Part shown: positions 19,020-30,700 of the stretch, in pieces
Layout of the letters: each line of letters starts with the position of its first letter
How positions within the stretch are numbered: position 1 is the stretch's first letter
Sequence record: NZ_CP143948.1
DNA length: 64,000 nt
From: a plasmid
Strand: one strand, 5' to 3'
Program-made: the position numbers and the translations under genes
The notes under the pieces: generated by a model
Databases searched by the model: none
What the model saw: only the letters and a program-made list of their open reading frames with translations
Told to the model about the DNA's origin: nothing

Positions 19020-20531
19020 TTACTGCCGGTTCATATCCTGTGTTTCCTGATACTTTCTGATTACGAAAAACATGGTAGTTCCATCACCCTCTTTGCTGGT
19101 AGCCCATATCTTGCCGCCGTGATCCTCTATAATCTTCTTTACGATGGAAAGTCCTATGCCGCTGCCTCCGGTAGCCGAATTTCTCGACGCATCCGCTCTG
19201 TAAAATCTGTCAAAAATATATGGCATATCTCTCTGGTTGATTCCTCGTCCATTGTCCTCGATTTCAACCTGTATGAAGTCACCAACATCATTTATCCTGA
19301 TATCTATATAGCTTTGTGTCTTGTTCATATACTTCACCGAATTGCCGACTATATTATTAATCACACGGCGAATCTGCTCCGGATCAGCAATGATAAGCAC
19401 GTTGCTATCCACATGATTCTCATATGAAAGCCTGATATTTTTTGCCTCAAGATCGAGTCCTATTTCCTCAACACAGTCGTTAAAATAATCTGTGACATTT
19501 ATCTTCGCAAAATTATATGGAATCCTGTTCGTATCAATCTTCGAGTAAAGTGTCAGCTCATTAATGAGCTTATCCATATCGTTTGCCTTATTGTAAATGG
19601 TTCTGACGTATTTATCTACCTTTTCAGGGGTGTTTGCCACTCCGTCAAGTATGCCCTCGGCGTAGCCCTTTACCGCAGTAATAGGAGTCTTTAAATCATG
19701 CGCGATATTGCTGATTAACACTCTGTTTTCAGACTCATTCGTCACCTTTTCCTCGGCATTTTTCTTGAGGCGCGCACGCATCTGCTCAAACGCAGTACAC
19801 AGCTCGCCAATCTCTCCGTCGCTCGGGCTCGTCTCAAGCTCAAAATCCAGATTGCCATCCTTGATATTTTCAGCGGCAATACGCAGCCTCTCTATCGGTG
19901 TGATGATACTCCTGTATATCCACACTATAAGCATGGCAGCCGTAGTAAGAAGTATCAATACAAGCGCAAATGCTCCCTCTATCAAAACAGTCCTGACCTC
20001 AGGGATCACGCACGCGGTTGATGTCACTATGTAAAGACTCGCCTCGTCACCATCACTGTCACGAAAATTAAGCTGCTTTATGAGCACCTTGTCATCACTG
20101 TCCATATAGCTGCTCACATCAGAGCTGCTCTGCTTATTGGATATTCGCGGAAGCTTTCTCAAAATATCATCATTGTCAATTCCACCATTGAAAATGAGCT
20201 CTCCTTCACTTTTCACTATGAGATATGAATACTTCTTCTCCAGCTTCTTATTTATCTTAGTCAGATAATCACTATCAAGAAGCCTGGATGGTTCTATGAG
20301 CGATGTCTTCTCGAGCTCATCATATGTGCGCCCTGTCACCTTGTTCAGAAACTGTACTGTGTCAGTGAGCGCGAGCATGCCCGCATCCTCCATGCCATAT
20401 GTCTTGTTTATGGCCTTTAGCTGAATCTTATTGAAACCCACAAGCACTATACTGGTGAGCACAACAGGCACAAAAATAATTATGCAGAATGATATAGCAA
20501 GTTTTGTTTTTATCTTCATAGTATTCTCCAT
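19020..20531 (-). CDS. Sensor histidine kinase (TM-extracellular domain-TM-HAMP-HisKA-HATPase_c)
   Basis: H-box ISNIAHDLKTPITA; N/G boxes (VINNIVGNSVKYM, DNGRGI, GSGIGLSIV). Confidence 0.85.
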   Translation of the reverse strand: MENTMKIKTKLAISFCIIIFVPVVLTSIVLVGFNKIQLKAINKTYGMEDAGMLALTDTVQFLNKVTGRTYDELEKTSLIEPSRLLDSDYLTKINKKLEKKYSYLIVKSEGELIFNGGIDNDDILRKLPRISNKQSSSDVSSYMDSDDKVLIKQLNFRDSDGDEASLYIVTSTACVIPEVRTVLIEGAFALVLILLTTAAMLIVWIYRSIITPIERLRIAAENIKDGNLDFELETSPSDGEIGELCTAFEQMRARLKKNAEEKVTNESENRVLISNIAHDLKTPITAVKGYAEGILDGVANTPEKVDKYVRTIYNKANDMDKLINELTLYSKIDTNRIPYNFAKINVTDYFNDCVEEIGLDLEAKNIRLSYENHVDSNVLIIADPEQIRRVINNIVGNSVKYMNKTQSYIDIRINDVGDFIQVEIEDNGRGINQRDMPYIFDRFYRADASRNSATGGSGIGLSIVKKIIEDHGGKIWATSKEGDGTTMFFVIRKYQETQDMNRQ

Positions 20532-20642
20532 TTGAATAAATTAATAAGCCACTTTATATATACAACAAGGACATATCCTTTCGCATTTGAATTTGATATG
20601 TCCTATTAATACTACAATATCTACTATATTTTTTTAAAATCA

Positions 20643-21332
20643 CTACAGCTTAAATCTGTATCCCACGCCCCAAATAGTCTCAATATACTGTGGCTTTGCA
20701 GTGTTCATCTCGATTTTTTCACGAATCTTCTTGATATGAACAGTGACTGTCGCGATATCTCCTACTGAATCCATATTCCAGATTTCCTTGAAGAGCTCCT
20801 CCTTGGTAAATACATGGTTTGGATTCTCCGCAAGGAATGTGAGCAGATCAAATTCCTTTGTGGTAAACTGCTTTTCCTCTCCGTTTACCCACACACGGCG
20901 GGCTGTTTTGTCAATCTTGATGCCACGAATTTCAACGATGTCATTTTCAGGTGTGGCGCTTCCGATCAGGCGCTCATATCTGGCCAGATGAGCCTTTACC
21001 CTGGCAACAAGCTCTGATGGTGAAAACGGCTTTGTGACATAATCATCTGCGCCGAGTCCGAGTCCTCTTATCTTGTCGATATCATCCTTCTTTGCTGAAA
21101 CCATGAGTATCGGTGTGTTCTTTTTCTCACGAATCCGCTTACAAATCTCAAAGCCATCAATGCCCGGCAGCATAAGGTCAAGAATAAACAGATCAAAATC
21201 CTCCGCCAAAGCCCTTGCGAGACCGCTTGTGCCATCATTCTCCACCTCTACCTCAAAGCCGCTCAGCTCCAGGTAATCCTTCTCAAGATCAGCAATTGCA
21301 ACCTCGTCCTCTACTATCAAAATTCTGCTCAT
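20643..21332 (-). CDS. OmpR-family response regulator
   Basis: Receiver domain (ILIVEDEV...DLMLPGIDG) plus winged-helix output (IETIWGVGYRF). Confidence 0.9.
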   Translation of the reverse strand: MSRILIVEDEVAIADLEKDYLELSGFEVEVENDGTSGLARALAEDFDLFILDLMLPGIDGFEICKRIREKKNTPILMVSAKKDDIDKIRGLGLGADDYVTKPFSPSELVARVKAHLARYERLIGSATPENDIVEIRGIKIDKTARRVWVNGEEKQFTTKEFDLLTFLAENPNHVFTKEELFKEIWNMDSVGDIATVTVHIKKIREKIEMNTAKPQYIETIWGVGYRFKL

Positions 21333-21518
21333 ATCCGTTCCTCCTGAAAATAAAAAGCCATGGAAACCGACTCAATGTCAGCCCCATGACTTAATTATAT
21401 CATATATCCGATAACTTCTGTCTAAATTTTCTCTAAATTCTTTCTAACTTTTTCTAAGAAATATAATGTATACTATCCGGCGCTCACAACCTAAAAAGCG
21501 CGAAGCCCCACATATTGT

Positions 21519-22700
21519 TTAGAGATACTTCTTGAGGTCCTCAACCTTATCAAGTGCCTCCCAAGGCAGCTTGATATCTGTACGTCCGAAGTGTCCGTAT
21601 GCTGCTGTCTGGCGGTAGATAGGTCTTCTGAGGTCAAGCATCTTGATGATTCCGGCCGGACGAAGGTCGAAATTCTCCCTTACGATTTCAACGATTCTGT
21701 CATCTGCAAGCTTTCCTGTGCCGAATGTATCAACCATGATAGATGTTGGCTGTGCAACACCGATAGCATATGAAAGCTGAATCTCACACCTGTCAGCAAA
21801 TCCTGCTGCTACAAGGTTCTTTGCTACGTAACGTGCTGCATATGCTGCTGAACGGTCTACCTTTGTACAGTCCTTTCCTGAGAAAGCTCCGCCGCCGTGA
21901 CGTGCATATCCACCGTAGGTGTCTACGATAATCTTACGACCGGTGAGACCTGCATCTCCGTGTGGTCCACCTATTACGAAACGTCCTGTAGGATTGATAA
22001 AGAACTTTGTCTCATCGTCAATCATATCCTTTGGAAGAATTGGATCAAATACATATTTCTTGATGTCCTCATGGATCTGCTCCTGGGTAACATCCTCGTC
22101 GTGCTGTGTTGAAAGTACAACTGCCTCAAGTCTTACCGGCTTTCCTGCCTCATCATACTCTACTGAAACCTGTGTCTTTCCGTCCGGACGAAGGTATGTA
22201 AGTGTGCCGTCTTTTCTAACCTTTGTGAGCTGGAATGCAAGCTTGTGAGCGAGTGCGATTGGGTATGGCATGTACTCCTCAGTCTCATTTGTAGCATATC
22301 CAAACATCATTCCCTGATCTCCGGCTCCGGTGTCGAGGTTGTCTGTAAGGTCGCCCTCTTTTGCCTCGAGTGCCTTGTCAACTCCCATGGCGATATCAGC
22401 AGACTGCTTGTCGATTGAAACCATTACTGCACATGAGTTTCCGTCGAGTCCCTTCTTTCCGTCATCATATCCGATCTCAAGTGCTGTTTTTCTGACGATT
22501 GCAGGAATATCAAGCTGTGCCTTTGTGGTAATCTCTCCTGTTACAAGGATGAAGCCTGTACAGCTTGCTGTCTCACATGCGACACGGCTCATCGGGTCCT
22601 GCTGTATGCATGCATCAAGGATGGCATCTGATACTGCATCGCAGAGCTTATCCGGATGTCCCTCAGTTACTGATTCTGATGTAAATAATAATTTCTCCAT
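21519..22700 (-). CDS. metK: S-adenosylmethionine synthetase
   Basis: [19 protein letters not shown] and related MetK signature motifs. 393 aa. Confidence 0.95.
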   Translation of the reverse strand: MEKLLFTSESVTEGHPDKLCDAVSDAILDACIQQDPMSRVACETASCTGFILVTGEITTKAQLDIPAIVRKTALEIGYDDGKKGLDGNSCAVMVSIDKQSADIAMGVDKALEAKEGDLTDNLDTGAGDQGMMFGYATNETEEYMPYPIALAHKLAFQLTKVRKDGTLTYLRPDGKTQVSVEYDEAGKPVRLEAVVLSTQHDEDVTQEQIHEDIKKYVFDPILPKDMIDDETKFFINPTGRFVIGGPHGDAGLTGRKIIVDTYGGYARHGGGAFSGKDCTKVDRSAAYAARYVAKNLVAAGFADRCEIQLSYAIGVAQPTSIMVDTFGTGKLADDRIVEIVRENFDLRPAGIIKMLDLRRPIYRQTAAYGHFGRTDIKLPWEALDKVEDLKKYL

Positions 22701-22744
22701 TAATTATCTGTTGCTCCTTTCATACTGTGTGACCAATATTTTTC

Positions 22745-22900
22745 CAATAAAAAACCACTTACTGCAAATAAGTGGATTAAAATTAAGATAATAAAAATCC
22801 TCTTATTGTTCGATTACTCGCTCAGGTTGGCACCTTCCTGTTTTCTAACGGGGTTGCCGTGACTTCATAGATCCTTTGTATCTCCATCACTCTGAATAAG
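22745..22900 (-). ncRNA. SAM-I (S-box) riboswitch with an intrinsic-terminator expression platform, in the metK leader
   Basis: The minus strand reads CTCTTATTCAGAGTGATGGAGATACAAAGGATCTATGAAGTCACGGCAACC...GGTGCCAACCTGAGCGAG...AATAAGAG. This has the P1 (CTTAT/ATAAG) pairing, the GGTGCCAA motif and the kink-turn region. It is followed by CCACTTATTTGCAGTAAGTGG plus a T-run (22745-22776). Confidence 0.75.
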
Positions 22901-23149
22901 AGAAGTTACAATATAGAATTTTTCAAATCTCTGTCAGCTATATTACTACCACATGATATATATGTCAAGTATCATTTTCGATACAGATTTATCAATAATC
23001 CATTTTCGATACCCTATTCATTATTTATAAGCTATTTTATGCAATTATTCTTTCTTCCTTTATTGACTTTCATAATTTTTGTAATTATACTTAAATTTGT
23101 ATTTATAGTACTAAACACACAATATCAAAATAAATTTTTGGAGTAACTC

Positions 23150-24280
23150 ATGATTAAAATCAGCATAAAAGATGCGCAGATTGGTATGGTGGCAGCAGAA
23201 CCGATAAAGACCCCTCTGGGGCAGATACTTGCACTGCCCGGCACACCACTCACCCGTCAGCTCATCAACAAAATGAAGCTATATAAGGTAGGCAGCATCT
23301 CAATTCAAAACCCATCCTATGCAGCAGCACCGCAAGCCGGCGAAAATACAGCAAAGCGAGACAAGGTAAAACCTGTACCCAAAACCCGCGCACATGAGAT
23401 GGTGACCAACATCCAGCGTGTTCAGGCCTCAGAAGAGTTCCTAGGCTTCCAGCTCAAATACCTCACATGCATAAATCAAATCAAGGATACCTTTGGCAAA
23501 ATCTGTGCCGGTGAAAAATCCTTTGATGAGGCTGCGCTCCTTACTGCTGTCATTGACCTTTCCTCATCGTGCGGCACTACAATCGAGACCTTTGACATGC
23601 TCTACAACATGCGCACCATTGCAGACCCGTTGTACTCACACTGTCTGAATGTAGGGCTTATTACAAGGATGATCGGACGATGGCTTCATATGGAAAAGAC
23701 AGATGTGAATACGCTTACTATCGCAGGAGTACTTCACGATATCGGTAAATGCAAGATTCCCGATGATGTGCTAAACAAGCCTGACAAGCTCACAGATGAA
23801 GAATTTGCGCTCATAAAAAAACACCCACAGTTTGGTTTTGATTTGATTAGGGATCTGCAGATTGACTCCAGAATAAAGCGCACAGCCCTCATGCATCATG
23901 AGCGATGTGATGGCTCAGGCTATCCTTCACAGCTTGACAGCTCACTGATTGACGACTTTGCCATGATAACAGCCATCGCCGATGTATATGATGCCATGAC
24001 TGCTGCCAGACGCTATCGCGCGCCACTTTGTCCGTTCGCTGTCATATCAAGCTTTGAGCGTGAAGGTTTTACAAAGTACAATACAAAGTTCCTGCTTTTG
24101 TTTTTGAAAAAGCTTGCTACCACATACCAGAGCAACCGTGTAATGCTCAACGACAGCCGGTTCTGTAATATTGTGATGCTCAACCCACATGAACTGTCAC
24201 GCCCTATTGTACGTTTTGATGACGGCAGTATACTTGATTTGTCCACAAACCGCGAGTTTTTCATCAAATCTGTGATGTAA
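23150..24280 (+). CDS. HD-GYP domain protein (probable c-di-GMP phosphodiesterase) with an uncharacterised N-terminal domain
   Basis: HDIGK...HHERCDGSGYP core HD-GYP motifs. Terminator hairpin at 24343-24392 (aagaaccg...cggttctt plus a T-run). Confidence 0.8.
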   Translation: MIKISIKDAQIGMVAAEPIKTPLGQILALPGTPLTRQLINKMKLYKVGSISIQNPSYAAAPQAGENTAKRDKVKPVPKTRAHEMVTNIQRVQASEEFLGFQLKYLTCINQIKDTFGKICAGEKSFDEAALLTAVIDLSSSCGTTIETFDMLYNMRTIADPLYSHCLNVGLITRMIGRWLHMEKTDVNTLTIAGVLHDIGKCKIPDDVLNKPDKLTDEEFALIKKHPQFGFDLIRDLQIDSRIKRTALMHHERCDGSGYPSQLDSSLIDDFAMITAIADVYDAMTAARRYRAPLCPFAVISSFEREGFTKYNTKFLLLFLKKLATTYQSNRVMLNDSRFCNIVMLNPHELSRPIVRFDDGSILDLSTNREFFIKSVM

Positions 24281-24438
24281 GCCGATTTATAATCAAAAGG
24301 GTTACGGAATAGTTGCTCAAAAAAATTATAAAATAACCAAAAATAAGAACCGTGCATCTACAATAAGATGCTGCCGGTTCTTATTTTATATATTGCATTT
24401 ATATTGTGTTTACATTTCATGCTTTACGTATATATCTA

Positions 24439-25731
24439 TTACGATACCTTGAGTATGAACTTCTGAAGCTCCTTCTCATCCTCTACCCTGGCAATCTTTG
24501 CGCCAATCTTTGTAAGCTTCTCCTCGAGTGCCTCATAGCCTCTCTGGATATAGTAGATATCATCAACCACTGTGATGCCCTCTGCTGCAAGACCTGCTAT
24601 AACCAGTGCAGCTCCTGCTCTTAGGTCAGGTGCATTCACTCTGGCACCTGTGTATCTTTTCACACCGCTGATGATTGCTATATTGCTCTCTACCTTTATA
24701 TCAGCTCCCATTCTGGTGAGCTCGTCAACATACTTGAAACGATTCTCAAATATGCTCTCTGTCACTGTACTGGTGCCCTCAGCGATACCCAAAAGCACCG
24801 CCATCTGTGGCTGCATATCTGTTGGGAAGCCCGGATATGGAAGTGTGGTGACCTGTGTATGCTTTAAATGTCCGTCTGATATTACTCTGACTGAGTCATC
24901 AAACTCCTCTACCTGGCAGCCTACCTCCAACAGCTTTGCTGTGGTGGCCTCAAGATGCTTTGGAATGACATTCTTTACCAGCACGTTGCCTCCTGCTGCC
25001 GCAACTGCAAACATGAATGTACCGGCCTCAATCTGATCCGGAATGACAGAATACTCTGTAGCATGTAATTTCTCCACACCTACAATTCTGATGACATCGG
25101 TTCCTGCGCCCCTGATATTTGCTCCCATGCTGTTTAAGAAGTTTGCCACGTCAACGACATGAGGCTCCTTAGCCGCATTCTCGATAACAGTCTTGCCATC
25201 TGCCATGGCTGCAGCCATCATAATATTGATTGTGGCACCTACAGAAACCTTATCCATATATATGTGTGTGCCCTTAAGCTCCTTTGCCCTGGCGATGACA
25301 AGGCCATGAGCTATGTCTATGTCTGCTCCCATGGAGCGGAAGCCCTTCATATGAAGGTCAATCGGCCTGCTTCCGATATCACAGCCTCCCGGAAGCGCAA
25401 CCTCTGCATGCTTGTATTTTCCAAGTAATGCACCAATCAAATAATATGATGCCCTGATTCGTCTGATGAATTCATTATCGACATTTACGCCTCTGATAAA
25501 TGAACCGTTTATCTTTACCTTGTGTATATCCACGCGCTCCACATGTGCGCCGATTTCTTCGATTGCCTGAAGTAAGACATTGATATCCCTTACATTTGGC
25601 AAATTATCTATTGTTACAGTCTCGTCTGTCATTATGGCAGCGGCCAAAATAGCAAGTGCAGCATTTTTGGCTCCACCAATTTCAACTTCACCGTATAAAG
25701 GATTTCCACCTTTGATTACGTACTGTTCCAT
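24439..25731 (-). CDS. murA: UDP-N-acetylglucosamine 1-carboxyvinyltransferase
   Basis: EPSP-synthase-fold N-terminus GGNPLYGEVEIGGAKNAALAILAA. 430 aa. Confidence 0.9.
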   Translation of the reverse strand: MEQYVIKGGNPLYGEVEIGGAKNAALAILAAAIMTDETVTIDNLPNVRDINVLLQAIEEIGAHVERVDIHKVKINGSFIRGVNVDNEFIRRIRASYYLIGALLGKYKHAEVALPGGCDIGSRPIDLHMKGFRSMGADIDIAHGLVIARAKELKGTHIYMDKVSVGATINIMMAAAMADGKTVIENAAKEPHVVDVANFLNSMGANIRGAGTDVIRIVGVEKLHATEYSVIPDQIEAGTFMFAVAAAGGNVLVKNVIPKHLEATTAKLLEVGCQVEEFDDSVRVISDGHLKHTQVTTLPYPGFPTDMQPQMAVLLGIAEGTSTVTESIFENRFKYVDELTRMGADIKVESNIAIISGVKRYTGARVNAPDLRAGAALVIAGLAAEGITVVDDIYYIQRGYEALEEKLTKIGAKIARVEDEKELQKFILKVS

Positions 25732-25918
25732 ATTCCACCTCTATGAATTCAGGAGTATACTTCCTCCTAATATACTATTCTCAATTTACACTATTGTTAT
25801 ACATCCAACTACAAATTTCATTTATGACGACGTATTTAAGCCGCCATTTGTGCCGGTGCTGCTTTTAATAAATGACGCAGCAGCTACTATTATCTAATCA
25901 TATCACGATAAATAAGCA

Positions 25919-26425
25919 CTATAATTCAAGTGCCTCCACCAGCTTCTCTACTGTCTGCTCCACATCAAGCCCCTCCTCGGAAACCTCGATGTCTGCATAC
26001 TGCTCATACAATTTTGAGCGCTCTTCAAAAAGGGTCTCTAAAGTCTGCCCTTTCTTTAATACTACACCTCTACCCTTTATGTCTGCAAGTCGTTTTTCCA
26101 AAATAGCATAAGAAACCTTGAGATACACAACTCTGCCTATCTCCTTAAGATGCTCCATGGCTTCTTTTCCGTATACCACCGAACCGCCTGTAGCTATAAT
26201 GGCCCTATCAGCCCTGATAGAGGCATTGACACGGTTCTCTACCTCTATAAAACCGTCCGTGCCCTTTTCCTCAATTATCTCACGCAGAAGCTTTCCCTCC
26301 TGCTCCTGTATCAGTAAATCCGCATCCAGGAAGCTGTATCCCAGCACCTTTGCAAGTATTACGCCTATGGTACTCTTTCCAACTCCCGGCATGCCTATAA
26401 GTACGATATTAGTTTTCTGTTCCAT
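25919..26425 (-). CDS. aroK: Shikimate kinase
   Basis: P-loop GMPGVGKSTIG. 168 aa, the typical AroK length. Confidence 0.85.
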   Translation of the reverse strand: MEQKTNIVLIGMPGVGKSTIGVILAKVLGYSFLDADLLIQEQEGKLLREIIEEKGTDGFIEVENRVNASIRADRAIIATGGSVVYGKEAMEHLKEIGRVVYLKVSYAILEKRLADIKGRGVVLKKGQTLETLFEERSKLYEQYADIEVSEEGLDVEQTVEKLVEALEL

Positions 26426-27629
26426 CTACTGCCTCAGTATTCTCTGTATCTGTACTATTGGTGCTTTCTGACTGCTGTGTGCTCTCTGTAGCACTTGTGT
26501 CTGCTGCCTTTTTGTCCTTCTTGGTAGTAGTAAAATAATTGTGAATCTTGATCTTGTCAAGCTGCTTCTGCTTTACAGACCATTTTTCATCATCCTGCCA
26601 TCCTGAAAGGATGCCATTGTAATATTTGTCCTCTTTATTGCCCTTTACAGTCTTCCTGTTTGACTCTGTTGCTTTCTCATCGGTCTTTTTGTCGAGCCTT
26701 ACGATATAGTAAGTGCTGTCTGTAGTGATGAGGTCTGAGGTCTGTCCCTCCTCGAGGGAATTGAGTGCATCTACAACGCTCTGATCAAGATTGTTTGTAG
26801 TGTATACACTGTCCTTTGTCTTGCTGTCCGATGACTCTGAGCTCTCTTTAGACTCTGTGTCATCTGATTTCTTATCTGAATCATCTGTCTTTTCCGCATC
26901 CGGATCAACGTATGTGGCGTATGTGCCTGTTGTGGCTGTAGTGCCTGCTGCCTTGGCTGCATCCTCTAAGGATGATCCGCCTGCAAGCGCCTCTACCACT
27001 GCATCTGCCTGTGCCTTTATCTGTGCTGACTGCTCATCTGTATATGTCTGATACTGGTAATTAGAGTCATATGCACCCTTGTAATCAAGCTTCACAATGG
27101 TGTATGCAGCCATATTGGCTTCCTCATCCGTCACGCTTGAATCAGCATTTTTGATGATTGCAGCATACATCTTACTCTTTATGAGGCGAAGCTCTAAATA
27201 TTCCTCGACAATCTCCTCTGTAGCACTCATCTCGTCTATCACATCATCGGAATTTGCCTTCATAAACTTCTCTGCGGCCTTTTTGATTTCCTTTTTCTCA
27301 TCATCAGAAACCTCTACATCGTAATCTGACTGATGCGCCTTTAATGTGTAAAGCTCATGAGCCTCCTCGATAGCATTTTTCTTCCATGTTTCAAGCACAG
27401 TATTATTGCCTGATACTGTCTTGTCCCAGTAGCCCTCGCCCATGTACTGTATATACATGTCATCATAACCGGCCTCCTGGTACCTTATCATAAAATTAAC
27501 AAGCCCAAGCTTGATATCCTCTTTATCTAATGTCGCAACTGTTGCGGTTTTATTTATTGCACATCCTGTAAAAGCTGTAACTGAGATTGTTGCAGCTAAT
27601 AACATAGCTATTACTTTTTTCGCTTTCAT
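26409..27629 (-). CDS. Lipoprotein with a SurA/PrsA-like N-terminal chaperone-type region and an acidic low-complexity S/T/D/K-rich C-terminus
   Basis: Lipobox AFTGC after the signal peptide. No clear PPIase domain. Sits just upstream of mfd, the usual Firmicutes position for a PrsA-like foldase. Confidence 0.45.
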   Translation of the reverse strand: MKAKKVIAMLLAATISVTAFTGCAINKTATVATLDKEDIKLGLVNFMIRYQEAGYDDMYIQYMGEGYWDKTVSGNNTVLETWKKNAIEEAHELYTLKAHQSDYDVEVSDDEKKEIKKAAEKFMKANSDDVIDEMSATEEIVEEYLELRLIKSKMYAAIIKNADSSVTDEEANMAAYTIVKLDYKGAYDSNYQYQTYTDEQSAQIKAQADAVVEALAGGSSLEDAAKAAGTTATTGTYATYVDPDAEKTDDSDKKSDDTESKESSESSDSKTKDSVYTTNNLDQSVVDALNSLEEGQTSDLITTDSTYYIVRLDKKTDEKATESNRKTVKGNKEDKYYNGILSGWQDDEKWSVKQKQLDKIKIHNYFTTTKKDKKAADTSATESTQQSESTNSTDTENTEAVDGTEN

Positions 27630-27792
27630 TGTATCTATCCTCTTTAAAATTGGTATAGTATCGCTCGTATATTATAGAGCTTTTCGGGCCTGCTGGCAAG
27701 CATTTTCTAAACTTTGTAAATTATCGTCAATTTCGCGTAAAGCATGTGGTGTTTCCTATGCTATATGCTACATGATTCCAAAATTCGGGTAA

Positions 27793-30700
27793 CTATTCAG
27801 CCGTAATCAGTTCCTTACGCATTTGCGAAATCAGTTCCTCCACCACATCAAGCACATCCCGCTTCTTTGCCACGCTGCCATTTTTTAAATCAAATGTGAA
27901 ATATGGGTTTTCTGCCATATTAAATTTGAGGGAAGATTTATACTGGGCAACAAGCATTGGTATCTTCTCCGGATTTATCCTTGCCCGTTCAAACATGGTA
28001 AGCTTTATCAGTGAGCCGGTCTGCTTTATCTCAGTGATATATACGGCATGTGCCAACGCCTTAAGCCTTGCCACGCGAAGCAGGCTGAGCACTGATTTTG
28101 GTGGTTCACCAAACCTGTCTATGAGCTCCTCGAGCATCTCATCCTTCTCTTCCTCTGTCTCTATGCCTGCAATACGCTTGTATATATCCAGCTTCTGGAA
28201 TTCGTTTGCAATATAACCTGCCGGAATATAAGCATCGGTAACAATATCCACGGTCGTATCAAATTTATCACTGATATCCTCGATGCCCTTTGCCTCTTTT
28301 ACAGCCTCGCTCAACATCTTGCAGTACAAATCGTAGCCCACTGCCTCCATGTGTCCGCTCTGCTCCGCACCGAGCAGATTGCCCGCACCACGGATTTCAA
28401 GGTCTCTCATGGCAATCTTAAAGCCGCTGCCAAGGTCTGAGTACTCCTTTATCGCTGCAAGACGCTTTTCTGCCACCTCTTTTAACATCTTGTTTCGCCT
28501 GTACATGAGAAATGCATACGCAGTACGGTTAGATCTGCCGACTCGTCCGCGGAGCTGATAAAGCTGTGAAAGTCCCATGTTGTCCGCATCGTGTATAATC
28601 ATTGTATTGACGTTTGAGATGTCAAGTCCTGTCTCTATAATGGTCGTGGATACAAGCACATCTATTTCACCATTGATGAAACGGTACATGATGCGCTCAA
28701 GCTCCGTCTCCTTCATCTGTCCGTGCGCAAATGCAACAGTCGCATCCGGCACCAGCTCCTGCAGCTTTGCCGTTATGTCTGCTATGTCGCGCACTTTATT
28801 GTACACATAGTACACCTGTCCGTTTCTGGCAAGCTCCCTGTTTATCGCCTCTCTGACAAGCTCATCATTGTACTCCATGACATATGTCTGAATCGGTACA
28901 CGGTCCATCGGCGGCTCCTCAAGCACGCTCATATCCCTTATGCCGATTAAACTCATGTGGAGTGTCCTCGGAATCGGTGTAGCGGTCAGTGTGAGCACAT
29001 CGACATTGACCTTCATCTGCTTAATCTTCTCCTTGTGAGTCACTCCGAAGCGCTGCTCCTCATCGATTACCAAAAGCCCCAGATCCTTAAACTGTACATC
29101 CTTTGAGAGTATGCGGTGTGTTCCGATAATGATATCGACCTCACCCTTTTTGAGCTTTTCTATCGTCTTTTTCTGCTCTGCTGCGCTTCTGAAACGGCAC
29201 ATCAAATCCACATTCACCGGAAAATCCTTCATCCTCTGCGAAAACGTATCGTAAATCTGCTGTGCCAGAATGGTTGTCGGAGCAAGATATGCCACCTGCT
29301 TGCTGTCCTGCACCGCCTTGAAGGCCGCACGGATTGCAACCTCCGTCTTGCCGTAGCCCACATCACCGCAAATCAGTCTATCCATTATTTTATGGCTCTG
29401 CATATCAGTCTTTGTGGCTTCAATTGCAAGAATCTGATCCTCAGTCTCATCAAAAGGAAAAAGCTCCTCAAACTCTCTCTGCCATACCGTATCCTCGCCG
29501 AAAGCATATCCGTTTTGCTGCTCACGCTGGGCGTACAGCTTCACCAGGTCTCCTGCAATCTGCTTTACCGCACCTCTGACCCTATTCTTTGTTCTGGTCC
29601 ATTCCTGACCGCCAAGCTTGTTGAGCTTTGGTTTTCTGGCATCCTTTCCGGCATATTTTTGTATCATGTCAAGCTGGGTAGCGAGGATATAGAGATTGGA
29701 GCCACCCTGATACTCTATCTTGATGTAGTCCTTTACCTTTTTGTCCACCTCAAGCTTTTCAATGCCGCGGTAAATACCAAGTCCGTGGTTTTCATGCACT
29801 ACATAGTCCCCCACCGACAAATCGGTAAAGCTCTGTATTTTTTCACCCTCATAGGTGCGGTGACGCTTCTTTTTCTTCTGCTGCGCCCCAAAAATATCTG
29901 ACTCCGTAATCACGGCAAACTTTAGGATAGGATACTCAAAGCCTCTTCTCACCTTGCCGTAGCAGACCATAATCTGCCCCTCAAAAAGCTCATGGTCGTA
30001 GTTTTCAGTGTAAAAGCATGTGATTCCCTGATCTGTGATATCCTCTGAAAGCCGCTTTGCCCTTGTCCTTGAACCGGATAAAAGAATGACTCTGTAGCCG
30101 TTTTTCTTATAGCGCTTTAAGTCCTTTATCAAAAGCTCAAAACTGTTGTTGTATGGGCTGACGCTCTGACAGTGAATACCATAGCTTCCCAGCTGGTGCA
30201 GTCCGTTTGCTTTATTATCGAGCGCACCGAGTGCGATACATGAATACTTCTCGAGCTTTGCCACTATCTCCTTCTCTGTAAAAAGACCGTTCATCTGCCC
30301 CGGAAGTATATATCCCATCGCAAGTCTCTGCTTCATGCTCTCAGAAAACTCGGTCTCTGTAAGCTTTCCCTGCTCTGCGCATCTGGTCAGCTCATCGAAG
30401 AATATAAGGCTGTCCGATGGCTTAAAATAATCCAAAAGCCCGACTCTCTCGTCAAAAAAGTACGACAAAAAAGCATCCATGCCTGCATACATGGACAGCT
30501 CTCCCCATTCCTCGGTAAGCTCGTCTGCCATCACAGTCACTCTGTGTGCTTCCTCTGTCTTCATCTGCTTTCTAAGCTTGTCAGACACACGCTTTGCCTC
30601 TGCCTTAAGCTTTTCAATTCCCCCGGCCTTTTCCTCATCGCTAAGTACAAGCTCTGCCGCCGGATATATGCTCACCCGGTCAATATTTTCAATAGATTTC

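Noticed and set aside
29116-29901. 261-aa ORF antisense to mfd, plus other antisense ORFs inside mfd (30479..31086) and ogg (31811..32443)
   Set aside because: They are fully embedded antisense to well-supported conserved genes and are low-complexity translations.
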